DNA of 53,206 nucleotides, filler included, from Sluysia triapertura (Eukaryota): NCBI GenBank assembly GCA_046118255.1. It is 4 parts of 4 records of this genome, joined end to end, with 100 filler letters (N's around TTAATTAATTAA, not from the genome) between each part and the next. Parts side by side here need not be neighbours in the genome. Positions count along the whole stretch, not along the records: positions 11,991 to 23,089 come from JBJNIA010188920.1; 3 more parts are not named here. One strand, 5' to 3'. Shown piece by piece: positions 12,137 to 23,189 of this stretch (position 1 is its first letter; each line of letters starts with the position of its first letter). The notes under the pieces were generated by a model. It saw only the letters and a program-made list of their open reading frames with translations, ran no database searches and was not told where the DNA came from. The position numbers and the translations under genes were made by a program.

Positions 12137-14108
12137 CCTATGCCTTCTGTTATTAAGAGCTTTGGCTCTGCGATCCTCTTCAATTCTGTTGTCCTCGGTC
12201 AACTTCGATTCCCTCTTGATGTTTTCGAAATATCTGTTGCAGGCTCCTAACACCAAGTGACATGTCATTTGTCTGCACTTAGTATTTTATTATCATTTGT
12301 ATGTATTTATATAGAAGCCCTTTGTATGGCCTTGCTGCTAAAAAGTGCTATACAAATAAACTACCATTACCATTAGTCTTTTTGTGGAATTGAACAGTAT
12401 TCGGATACTTTGTTTCACAGTTATAAACTTCTAGTTTAATCCATTAACACTGACCAGTTGTTCACATATGGGTACATTTTGTTTTTCACAGAAAGTAGTT
12501 TATGTACAATACCTATACTTTTTTAAACTGCCTGAAAAAATGCACTACAATAAACCTAGTGTCTCAGGTAAAACCAATTTTAAAATCATAACTTACTTCT
12601 TATCAAAGAGGAATCCTATTCCTCCGCATCCAGAATTGTCCGTGACACCGAGTTTGTGACATCGCTGTTGTGCTCAGACGTAAACCTGCAGATTACATTA
12701 AAGAAATCTGAAATGAATAAAGCAACATAAACTATGACATATCAAACAGCTGCCATAAACATTGGTTTTTGAGTTCTTTAAAGTGATACATTGTTTGGAA
12801 CTAAAGCAGTGGTCCCTACAGTGGGGCGGGAGGTGAGGCACTTAATAAAAAAATGAATGCTTGGACACTGCTATCATAAAGAACATATTTTTTCCAGTGC
12901 ATAAATATTAAAGGACTGGAGACAAAAAGGGTCATGTCAGCCTTACAAAACTTGTTCAACAGTTCAAACAAAGTGGAGCTGTGAAATAAATTTCTAAAAA
13001 TTCCTTCAGCGATGCCGCTGTACCCTCTGGAGGAAAAAATATTGATCAGCGACCTTGTAATCAGACGAAAGACTAATACATGTTTAGTTATATCTTACCT
13101 CTCATTTCCCCTGTATTTACGTTCTTCCTCCAGACTCCTGTGTATCCGTTTTACTTCACGCTAAAAAAAACAATCACAGAGATCAAGGTGTGTTACATTG
13201 TCTAAAAACAAAATATTTTAACATAATGATGATAACCACTTAGGCAGTTATTTTAAATTGCAAATGCAGTTCAATAGTTCTCCATCCCTTTCAAGAGAAA
13301 GACGTTGATGAAGTTTTTGTTGTCTTCCATTTTCTAAATGTTTTTACCCCTAGGTAGCTACCTACACAAAAGTAAGTGAATGATAATCCATAGCCATTGT
13401 ACTTTAATCAGATCATAGATCCGTTTCGACAGACATTATAAATTTATGGGAAGAACAATACACAGGCTTATAACCTACAGACAGGGCCTTGGGGATGATC
13501 GTTGATGTGTTTCGAGTTGCAGCTGTTGCTGCTCCTGTCACCAATTGGTCTTTTATGTCTGCAACAGCCTCAGTAAGCTCGTCCAGTTTCCGGTCCCGGT
13601 TCTCCTCCATCTTGTCCATCCTTTTGCTTATTTCGGACAGTGCCCTGAAACATATTAAGTTGTGTTTTGCAACATTGTAGTTAATGAATGAGAAAATTGG
13701 AACAGAACCATAACAGAAAACAAACTGACTGAATCATGTTTTTACATTGACTTGCAGCACACATCTTTCATTTGCATTCTGCCCCTTTCCCTTCCGCTGC
13801 TGATGGTCATCCTACACCCCGGTTTTAGCGCGAGTTTATTATATTTTGAAACCTGGCTTTGTCAGCTACATTTTCACATAATGCGTTATTACAAAATGAG
13901 GTCTTACAGGGCGTAAAAATATATCTACTTACTTCCACACATCGTGTATTGTGACACCAATCTCCGGACTTTGAGTTCTCCCTCTGGATCCAACGATGCG
14001 CCGTTTTACTTGGCCGCCCTTTGAAGACCCACACATAGGGGTTTCGTCGGTTCTTCGGCGTACGCTGACATCACCTCCGACATCGCTGTCCTCCGAGTCA
14101 GAAGACAT
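12137..14108 (-). pseudogene. Spliced CACTA accessory (ORF2-like) gene: complement(join(13933..14108,13479..13644,13099..13160,12597..12685,12137..12246)); one in-frame TAG; 3' end beyond the contig
   Basis: All five exons have GT-AG junctions with matching phases (2,0,2,1,0). Product MSSDSEDSD...coiled coil (ALSEISKRMDKMEENRDRKLDELTEAVADIKDQL)...IPKALSREVKRIH...ACNRYFENIKRES...NNRRHR. TAG at 12616-12618. Confidence 0.75.
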
Positions 14109-14408
14109 GGCGAGGAGTCGTTTTTTTCCAGACATTCCGTAGGCTAATACTCGGTGTGAACTCAACTCAAAATTGGCCAAAACTCAGCGTTGGACCGTAA
14201 TTTAACCTGCGCGGCTACCTGTGGATTTGATGTGATCGGCTAGAGGAAGCAGCCAATGAAAATGCACGCTACTGCTGCGCAGGGGGTGAACAACCAATCA
14301 AATGAACCACAAAGCATTGGTATAGGTGGAGTAGATTATAACATTATTATTAAAACAGTATATGAATTCTACTCATCACTACTGTTTTGATATCTGTAGC
14401 AGGACACC
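14109..14408. promoter_or_regulatory. Putative bidirectional promoter between the two CACTA genes
   Basis: 300 bp between divergent ATGs (14108 minus, 14409 plus). Several CCAAT boxes in both orientations (gccaatg ~14252, accaatc ~14293, attgg ~14172 and ~14316). Locally CpG-rich. Confidence 0.55.
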
Positions 14409-17400
14409 ATGATGAGTACGCCAGTTAAAAAACAATATAAAAGAAAACCCAGGTACATGTACTGTGACCACTGTAGAGAAGTTGTGTGTAAAACTACATA
14501 CTATGACCATTTACGTAAATTTGGACGGAAAAAAAGCTACGGACTGGTGGATACCAATAAGGTATGTATAAACACTACGACGGCGTATTAGGGCCGGTTT
14601 GCAGATGGAAAAAAAGGAGGAGCAAATCTACGAGCAAAAACTCAGAATTTCTGAGAATAATTTCCGAATTACACTTTTCAAGCATTTTATGAACAAACTC
14701 TGCTTGGCCACATATAAGGGTGAGAGCGCTTGAGTGACTAGCAATAGGAACATCCGAAATGATTAGCCTACGGGGCCTTGAGAAAAACATTTTTCATCAC
14801 TCTATGCAGACATGCAATATCACTGTCAATTTACACAGTTTGGGGTTAAATATCCTGTTTAGGTAACCGGATATTTCAAAATAAAGGTCTCTGGATCTTT
14901 TGATTTTGTTTTTGCTGTTGTTACGCACATAACAGAAAAAGTGAATTTGTGATGTTCATGTCCACGAAAGGGGCTATTTAAATAATGTTTACTCACTAAC
15001 TTAGTGCTCCAGTCACTCACAACAAACGCATAAAATTTACTTGATTTTTGGTAAAGATTTCAGAAATTAATCGAAGAAATTCCAAGTTTTCTCTGAGATT
15101 TGCTCCTCAGTTATGAACTTACTCAGCTTTATACTCATCAGTAAACATTAATTTTTGCTAGGGGATGTTTTTAAGGTACATAAACAGAATGCACACGCAG
15201 CGTGTTGTGTAAAGTCCTAGTACCATACCGAAAGTACCACAAGATTAGTCTCAAATGTTAGCAAATGTAGGAAGCTTACATCTTGGACGGATATACACCC
15301 AAGACAATGTACTAGTAAGAGTAAAAAATGTTTCTGTTAAAAGACTACTAGTACTGCATGTTTGATCAAAACACATGTTTTAATATTTTACATTATGGCC
15401 TCAGACAACACGTGTAAAGCCTTTTTTTTTTTTTTTTTTTGAAAGACTAAGCTGAAAAATGCACACAATTAACATACATTTTAGCTATTTGTTAGGGCAG
15501 AAGGAAACGGTTTTAGTCTACCAAATTATATGTCAGCACAACTGAAAGGCACAATCTTTTTCCGTACTTCTTGTTGTAGTATTAATGTAATAACAATATT
15601 AAATCTTTCAGTCTCATATAGTTGCAATTGTCTTTATTCAAAATAACAAGTTATGGTTTTTCAATATTTATCTCACAGGGGATGTCGCAAGACAATTCTG
15701 AAATGAGACGAGTGAATGGAAGAGCAAACAAAGTTGACAGTGATATTCTTGACGAAAATCAGGTAAGCAACATGGTATGCACTTCTTGTTCAAAGTGATT
15801 CAATGTTTAAGTTCTCACCTGAGTAGGGTATTTCATTATTCATTCACACAGACAACCAACAGTATGGAAGGAGTGTAATATTAAAAACAGCTCCATAGAT
15901 TTAGTGGATTAAGCAATTAAATAGATAATTCTGAGGAAAGCTGAAAACTTATTCTAAAAACAATTAGTAAACCGCTTTCTATTGAAGCACATACAAAAAA
16001 TAAGTACTATCCACATATATTGTACATATCATAACATAAAAATTGACATAATCATTAAAATAAAAGACCTGTACTTAGTAAGTATTTGGATTTCATGAAT
16101 TACATTATTTCATTTGGCACCATTGATCAGCTACATTTTTAGTTTGGGGAGAAATGTTTGTGCAGCTGTGATATATGTTTTTAAATTGAAACATTTTGAC
16201 TAGTGCATCCTAAATTAGACATAAATTAATTAGCTAGTTTAGCTAATTAGCAGTCTGCATTGTTTTCCTAATAAATGTCATTACAGGAAATCTTACTGCT
16301 AATTTTAAATCAGTACTTTAACTTTTAATACTTAAGTCCAACAATTATCATATACTTTACACTTTTACTTTAAGTAATATTACTAAAAGTAATGTTTGGG
16401 TAAGATACCTGTACTTTTATTCAACTATCACTTTGTGTAACTTTATACATCACTGGAAAACACCATCACAAAGCATGTTGTTTCCTGTCTCTGGCTCCTC
16501 TGGATTTGGTACAACTTGGGTGACCAAAGGTGGGGGCAGGAGTGCCCCCATATGCATGGAAGCTGACGTTGAGTGTGAGTAGTTAGGAGGTGTGAATGTG
16601 TCCCTAAACCTTCCAAACAAGTCACTCAGATATTCAGCCAGGCCTTTGTTTACTACACTGAATAGAAGGAGTTGCTGCAGTTTGTGATGTCAACGAGTCC
16701 TCCTCATACTGATACAGTATCGTTGGTTGAAAACATGTTTTTGTGGTTTCAACTGGACTTTTTGGGAGCTGCTGTGATGTGTTTTGTTTGTGTGTTCTTG
16801 GCCTTTATTCACAGTCCTGTAGGCTTCAGCCTTGGCCCACTGAGGACATGAGTGTCATTGTGCACCAAGTTAAGATTTACCTTGTTGCCAACGTGAAGAA
16901 GGTCTTTGCACAAATATTTATTGTTTATATTACTTGATAATATCACAGAGTCAGCGAGATGATCCATGTTGTCATTTGTAGATCCGCAGATGTTCAACTC
17001 GATTAATTCAAATCAGTCCAGTAGTTTATGCTTTCCGCCTCAGGTGAATTTTAACTAAAGGTTTTGTACATTTCAGTTTCTGCCTGTATTTTGGACCAAT
17101 ATCAAACAGTTGTCGTGTCCCATAGTAACACAGTGGACTGAGTGATATGTGTCTTTTAAAAAGGTGAAGCAGTGATGCAGTCTGTTATTTTCTCTGGTGG
17201 AACAGGTAACATTCTGTTTATATTTTGGTAGTTCATGTTTAAATTTTCCTATTTTAAAGTCCCACGTGATAATGGATAGTACATCTGGATATTGTTGTTC
17301 CATGCCATTGATAAGTCAAGGTTTTCACTATTTATGTTGCCTTGAGGTGGGTTGTAAACCCCAACCTGAACAAGAAGAATTCTTAAGAAAATTCATAGTG

Positions 17401-20400
17401 AAATAATTGGAATTTGTGAGATGTATGCTTTGGAATGTTGTTTGAAAGTTACACTTCACACATTTGCATCTCTTGCCCTTCTTCACAGAAAAGCTGCATC
17501 TCTGAATTGTATCTTCTGTAAAATTTATAGATTTATTGATATATATGTATTGTGCAACGTGAAACAAATTACACTTGAATTTTTAATGTTTGATTTAAAT
17601 TTTGTATTCAAACATTAACATTAAAATAAACGTTTGGATCAATGTTTATGTAATGCTGATGGTTTGTAAGGAGGAAAAGTGGAATAATATTTAATGTTCT
17701 ATATTTGTGTTACAGGATAGTGATGACTCATTCTACAAGGATGATGGAGAAGAGCAAACATATGCAGGTACAATTGTCAGCAATTCTCTACTGATTTGTT
17801 TGTTGTTGTAGGGGTGGGCCTTGATATTTCAGGGCTCGAAACGATCAATACCAAGACGATACCTGTTCTCATATCGATACCACCATAATGAATTTGATGC
17901 TTTTGTAATTGCTCACACACAATCTGGGTCAGGCGCACAGTGGCCCACCCTCCCCCAGCTGTACGAGGGTTCAGAACGACTTGAGTGAGCATGAATTAGC
18001 ACTGGGAGGTGTGTCTCCCTCCCACCATGGTGTTTGTAAGTTTGACTCCTTCAACAATAGATGATAATAAGGGCACTAATAATCGGCAAATGGTCGACGT
18101 TGGAATACCAACACCAGTTCTTATCATATCAACAACACTTTTTAATCCTAGTTAAACTTGTTTGTCCACTATGTAAAGCTACTGACGGCTGAAGAACTCA
18201 CTGGGGGTCTTCCAAAGTGGGGAATGTTAACAATGTGTGAAATGGTAATGAGGGCATTGCTGTTGGGGAGAATCGGGGGAGGTGGTTTCAGATCATTCAC
18301 ACACCTTGAATCTGCTGCAGGTCTGGAGTAAAGTTTTGTAAACTGAAATTGTCTTCAGGATCTTCCAAACTCCATAGATGTTGTACTGCAGCAGGTCTTC
18401 CAGTTATTTTCCTGTTTGGGTGCTTTCACTAATCTTATAACTCAATTCCTTCTGCCCAACTGTCAGCAGTAGTGATACTATTGTCCTGATTGTGATAAAT
18501 GAAAAGTGAAGTCCAAAGAACCACCATGTCCATATTAGGTCCTAATCAAGAAACACAGAACTAACTAAAAATATGTAATTTAATTTAGAATAAAATTCAT
18601 TTTAGTAGGAGTTGCTGAGGAAAATGTTTGTTCTTTTAAGTTCTGTATAAGATTGATGTCATTGTTGGTTTGTTTTGACAGATGATTGAACTGTGATTGA
18701 AATGTGATTCCAGGTGCTAGCAGCAGCAGCGAATGCAGCACAAGGAACACCAGATGCCATGATGAGGAACATGACAATACCGATGAAGAATATGTTGGAG
18801 TTGAAGAAAATAGGAACACCAGATGCCGTGAAGAGGAAAGTGACAATAGCGATGAAGAATATGTTGGAGTTGAAGAAGACACTGGAGGCAGCAATGAAGA
18901 TGAGGACATGGAATGGAGTGGAGAAGACATTGCATTTGAAGGCACACATGAAGACAAAGCAGATGAAGAGAGGAATGATAACAGCAATGTTGATGATGTT
19001 CAGTACTCATGGTTGACATATTTTATCCTTCAACTTACAATGTGGAAGTCCCAGTTTACAATTTCAGACAATGCTTACATCGCACTGTTAAATCTGGTTA
19101 AGTCATTTCTTTTTGTGGTTGGCAGCATTTTAAAGATTGATACATTGAGACATTTGGCTGAAAAAATTCCCTCAACCATGTATAATATCAGGAAAATGCT
19201 TTCACTCCAAAAAGATGACTTCATTCACTATGTGGCATGCCCAGTTTGTGACACAGTATATACACTTGAGGAGGCAACCATAATTGTAAAGGATGGACAC
19301 AGCATAAGAAAAAAATCAGCAAGATGTAGTCATGTAAGTTTTAAAAAACATGCACAAAAGCGGCATCGTAAGGAATGTGGGACTGTGCTTTTGAAAACAG
19401 CCATTGGGAAAAAAGGGTTACCCTATTTATATCCCAAACGTAGCTTTTGCTATAGAAACATAACAAAGAGCTTGCAGGATTTAGCACAGAGACCAGGTTT
19501 TAATCAAGCCTGTGAAAAGTGGAGAGAACGTGAAATGTGCGACAATGTTATTGCTGATGTGTTTGATGGACAGATTTGGAAAGATTTTCAAGCTTATGAT
19601 GGAAAGCCATTTCTTTCTGAAGCATGTAATCTGGGTCTCATGCTTAATGTTGACTGGTTTCAGCCCTATGATAAAGTTAAAGATTCTGTAGGTGTTATGT
19701 ATCTAGTTGTAATGAATCTTCCTCGTGAGGAGCGATTTAAGGAGGAGAATATTATAATCGCAGGAATAATTCCTGGACCACATGAACCCAAAGGGCATAT
19801 TAATTCCTACATGAAACCACTTGTTGATGACCTTCATGACCTGTGGAAGGGGGTTTACTTGTTAGACTCTACGGGTTTAGGAAGGCAACAATACAGAGCT
19901 GCTCTACTGTGTTTGTCAAGTGATATTCCAGCATCTCGCAAGACTGGAGGTTTTCTAGGGCACATGGCTAAAATGGGATGTTCTAAATGTTTAAAACAAT
20001 TTCCAAGAACCACTGATAACAAGGTCGACTACTCAGGTTTCCGGTGTGATCAGTGGCTCCCCAGGTCAAAAGAAAATCACATTTTGTATGCCAGGAAAGC
20101 AAAAAGAGCCAAATCAAAGGCAGATCAAGCAAGATTAGAAGGAATTTATGGTGCCAGGTATAGTGTTCTTCACGACTTGCCTTATTTTGACCCAGTTAGA
20201 ATGCATGTTATTGACCCCATGCATAATATCTTGGAGGGCACAGCCAAAAGAGTAATGCAAGTGTGGAAAGAAAAAGGTATACTGAATAGGCAGTCCTTCC
20301 TAATTTTGCAGTCACGAGTGGATTCCTTAAAAGTCCCGAGTGACCTTGATCCTGGAATTCCTGGAAAAATCGAGTCTGCGTTTGAAGGATTTACAGCAGC

Positions 20401-21550
20401 CCAGTGGAAGATTTGGGTATGCACTTACTCTTTGTATGCCTTGAAAGGTCTTTTGCCTGAAGCAGATTATAATATCTGGACATCTTTTGTCTCTGCTGCA
20501 AGGACACTTTGTACCCGGATTGTAACAACAAGTCAGCTGGATGATGCGCATAGGTGTCTTCAAATTTTCTGTGATTTATTTGAAGACAAATATGGAAAAG
20601 AGTGGTGTACCATGAACTTACACCTGCATTTACACCTACATTCGTGCATCTTAGACTATGGTCCAGTTCATTCATTTTGGTGCTTTTCTTTTGAAAGGTG
20701 TAATGGGATTTTAGGTGACTACCATACTAATAACCGACATGCAGAAGTCATTATGATGCGTAAATGGTTGCTAGGCTGGCAGGTATTTCGTAAATCGAAA
20801 TCTTTACCAAAACAGGTTGAAGAGCATTTACAATTCTCTAAAAAGAAAGCATCAAAATGCAGCTACAAACTTACAATGGAACAGATTAATAGACTTAAAA
20901 TTATGTCAGACAGTGATGTTCCGCATGACTTCCGATTTGATGAGACTTTGGAGAATCTGCTTCCACCTTTACACCGAAGACATATTTCGTATGAAGAAAG
21001 TGACGCTCTCCTTTCAATGTTTAAGACTTTGTACAAAAACGACTGTGTACACAGAGTGTCTTTCAACTCCATTAGGTTTGACAGATGCACAGTAGGAGGG
21101 GAATTGCTATCAAGTGGAGACTACAGAGCTGATGCAAAGTCATGTGTTTTCGCAAGGTGGCTCAGAAATGATGAGAAAACAGGCGAACCTGTTATTGATC
21201 CGAAAGCTGCTGCTCGACCAGCATTGATTTCCAAAATGCTTAAGGTCATAATCTTTTTGAAAAGAGATGGTAAGACAGTTAAAGCTGAGCATACTGTGGC
21301 TGAGGTGAAATGGTTTAAACAACATGGTGATAGACATTTTTACAGTCATAGTGATTCATGTTCAGTTTGGGAAGTGGGTTTTGAACCTTTTTCCTATGCA
21401 ACCTACCTCCCACTAAAAAGAATCATTAGTCGTTGTGCGTATGCCAAGTGTAAGGTTAGGTTTTCAAGAAGTAGGGAGGAAACTGTACATCAGAATCAGA
21501 ATCAGAATCAGCTTTATTGCCATGTCAATGAACGTGAATTCACAGACTAG
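14409..21550 (+). CDS. CACTA/EnSpm (Transposase_21/TnpD-like) DDE transposase, join(14409..14561,15679..15762,17716..17767,18714..21550), ~1041 aa
   Basis: The main exon lies in ORF 18704-21550 and has motifs DVFDGQIWK, LNVDWFQPY, NLPREERFKEENII...PGPHEP, SSDIPASRK...CSKC, DPMHNILEG and HLHLHL...YGPVHSFWCFSFERCNG. Exon 1 gives a CDHC...YYDH zinc finger. Splice phases 0,0,1 are consistent. Confidence 0.9.
16300..16455. mobile_element. Relic of a fish-type non-autonomous hAT MITE (tacttttact-rich) in transposase intron 2
   Basis: Repeated tacttt(t)act motifs ending in ...tttatacatcactg, as I recall for the termini of teleost hAT-N elements. Confidence 0.5.
16460..17310 (-). mobile_element. Degraded Rex1/Babar LINE fragment (endonuclease end and tether region)
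   Basis: Minus-strand peptides HELPKYKQNVTCSTRENNRLHHCFTFLKDTYHSV and NDNMDHLADSV resemble Rex1 ORF segments. Many stops and frameshifts. Confidence 0.65.
17808..17885 (+). mobile_element. Relic of a hAT-type MITE end (TAGGGGTGGG...CGATAC repeats)
   Basis: Terminal TAGGG and repeated cgatac subterminal motifs, as in fish hAT MITEs. Confidence 0.35.
18743..18880 (+). repeat. In-frame 69-bp tandem duplication in the acidic linker of the transposase
   Basis: RNTRCHDEEHDNTDEEYVGVEEN / RNTRCREEESDNSDEEYVGVEED; units start at 18743 and 18812. Confidence 0.9.
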
Positions 21551-22763
21551 GAATTTGCAGTTAAGAACACCTGCTCTTAAAGAAGAACATACAGACATAC
21601 ATGGGGAGAGCAGATGAACAGGTCATGCTGCGACGGGGGTCGCGCTACCTTTTAACAGCTGGAAATACACACATGGGAAGGTTGAGTTAAAAAAATTTCT
21701 CTGATTCTATGTTTACAGCAGGAACACAGAGTCATACGAATAAAAAACAACTCGCGACAGAGCGAAGACATTGCTGGGGGAGGAAGGGGATGGGGCTTAG
21801 GTAATAACACATAAGAGGGGGGAGGGGGCTCAGAGGAGTCGTTGAAAAACAGGAACAGTTCCTGCTGAGCTCATCCATAGACCCGCCCAAGTCCAGAGAC
21901 TGATGACGTATCTCTAGCTCGAGTTTACAGAGTCCTTTCTCTATCAGCCAGTCCACAGACAGCCCAAACAGGTGGTGGGGGGAGGGATCAACAACCTCTT
22001 CTCACACGTAATCATCCTGGGAAGATTCAGATAAACATGGCCAGTCAAGGCCAGGCACTGGGAGCCAAATGGTAATCTTGATTGTTTTGGGACAAAGCGG
22101 CCTTGAATTTTCTGCAGCTTTTAAAGTTTTACTGACTCTGAGGTGGCGGACAAGATCCAAAACAGCCGAATTTGGGGTCCTTCCCGCCTCTCTCCGTCTA
22201 GAGCTTCACCCCGATGTTACCCCTTACAGACTGGAGGTGCGCTCCTGAGATGGAATCCTCGTCAGAATAACATCCAGTTTGCGGTTCATCTCCAGTAACA
22301 TAGTCTGTGTGCTCCCAGCAGAGCGGCAGAGACTCTCAATATTTCCTGTCAGCTTCTTGACATCCCGAACAGCTGACAGGGTCGCTATCACTTTTCGATA
22401 CACCAGGTATCCTCCTCCGCCGATCAGGAAGAAGCCTGTTATCATGAATCCAAATATGTATAAATCTTCGACGTCCTCAACGGAGAGTGGAGCAAGACAC
22501 AACAAGTTCCAGCCCCACGAGGAACTCAAGCGCCCGGCTGGCACTGTACCACTGGGACAGCTTCGCTCCCCACGATCCAATCTCAATGTGGAAAAAATAG
22601 TGTCGATTGCGTTCAGAGACCAGTTGACCAAATCCATAATTCCTTTTGTGTTCGGATGATTAGGTGAAAAAAGAGCTTGAGAAAAGCAGCAAGCCGGGAA
22701 GGGGGGGAGGTTTTCAGGAGCAGAGCAGAGGACGTCCTTCTCATCTGAGGGCTAAGCGAAGAG
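21489..22763 (-). mobile_element. Non-autonomous protein-coding retroposon with Rex1-type 3' end, inserted antisense into the transposase 3' end
   Basis: The minus strand ends ...caaattcctagtctgtg...ggcAATAAAgctgattctgattctgattctgat. GC-rich body with a single ORF and no RT. Abrupt return to AT-rich DNA after ~22763 (5' boundary approximate). Confidence 0.7.
22224..22637 (-). CDS. 137-aa single-pass membrane protein encoded by the retroposon
   Basis: Intact ORF. TM segment LYIFGFMITGFFLIGGGGYLVY followed by RK and an amphipathic/coiled-coil tail; two Cys N-terminal to the TM. Confidence 0.65.
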   Translation of the reverse strand: MDLVNWSLNAIDTIFSTLRLDRGERSCPSGTVPAGRLSSSWGWNLLCLAPLSVEDVEDLYIFGFMITGFFLIGGGGYLVYRKVIATLSAVRDVKKLTGNIESLCRSAGSTQTMLLEMNRKLDVILTRIPSQERTSSL

Positions 22764-23089
22764 AAACAGAACAAACTATTACTAAACAAAATATATTAAT
22801 GAACAACTAACTAAATAAATAGATTTAAAATGTACCAAATAAATTATAAAAAAAAGTTTACCTCATGTGATATATCATATTTATTTTTCCATCTTAGTTC
22901 CAATAAATTATATATTTTAACATTTAATTTTACAATACTTTTAATTTATATTTGAACATAGATTTTCCTTATGTTGTACATACATTTGTGTCTATAAAAT
23001 CCTTAAATTTGATTTTTTTTTGTATTTTTTTCCCAAAATAAAGGCACAGGTAATGTTTTCCTCCTTGCCTTTTAAACTAAACTTTAAAC

Positions 23090-23189
23090 NNNNNNNNNNN
23101 NNNNNNNNNNNNNNNNNNNNNNNNNNNNNNNNNTTAATTAATTAANNNNNNNNNNNNNNNNNNNNNNNNNNNNNNNNNNNNNNNNNNNN
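23090..23189. other. Artificial contig-joining linker
   Basis: Same 100-nt structure as 11891-11990. Confidence 0.98.

Larger units (their letters stand above)
11991..23089. mobile_element. Large CACTA/EnSpm-type DNA transposon body (termini not seen) with nested insertions; teleost-like contig
   Basis: Transposase gene plus a divergent second gene. No terminal inverted repeats were found inside the contig. Confidence 0.7.

Noticed and set aside
18000-18530. LINE endonuclease relic in transposase intron 3
   Set aside because: Only faint motif echoes on minus, too decayed to assign.
18580-21349. Antisense and alternate-frame ORFs overlapping the transposase
   Set aside because: They are shadows of the transposase frame and its acidic repeat, with no independent protein features.
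22279-22659. 126-aa plus-strand ORF
   Set aside because: It is antisense to the retroposon ORF, has a non-ATG start and runs opposite to the element's poly(A) signal.
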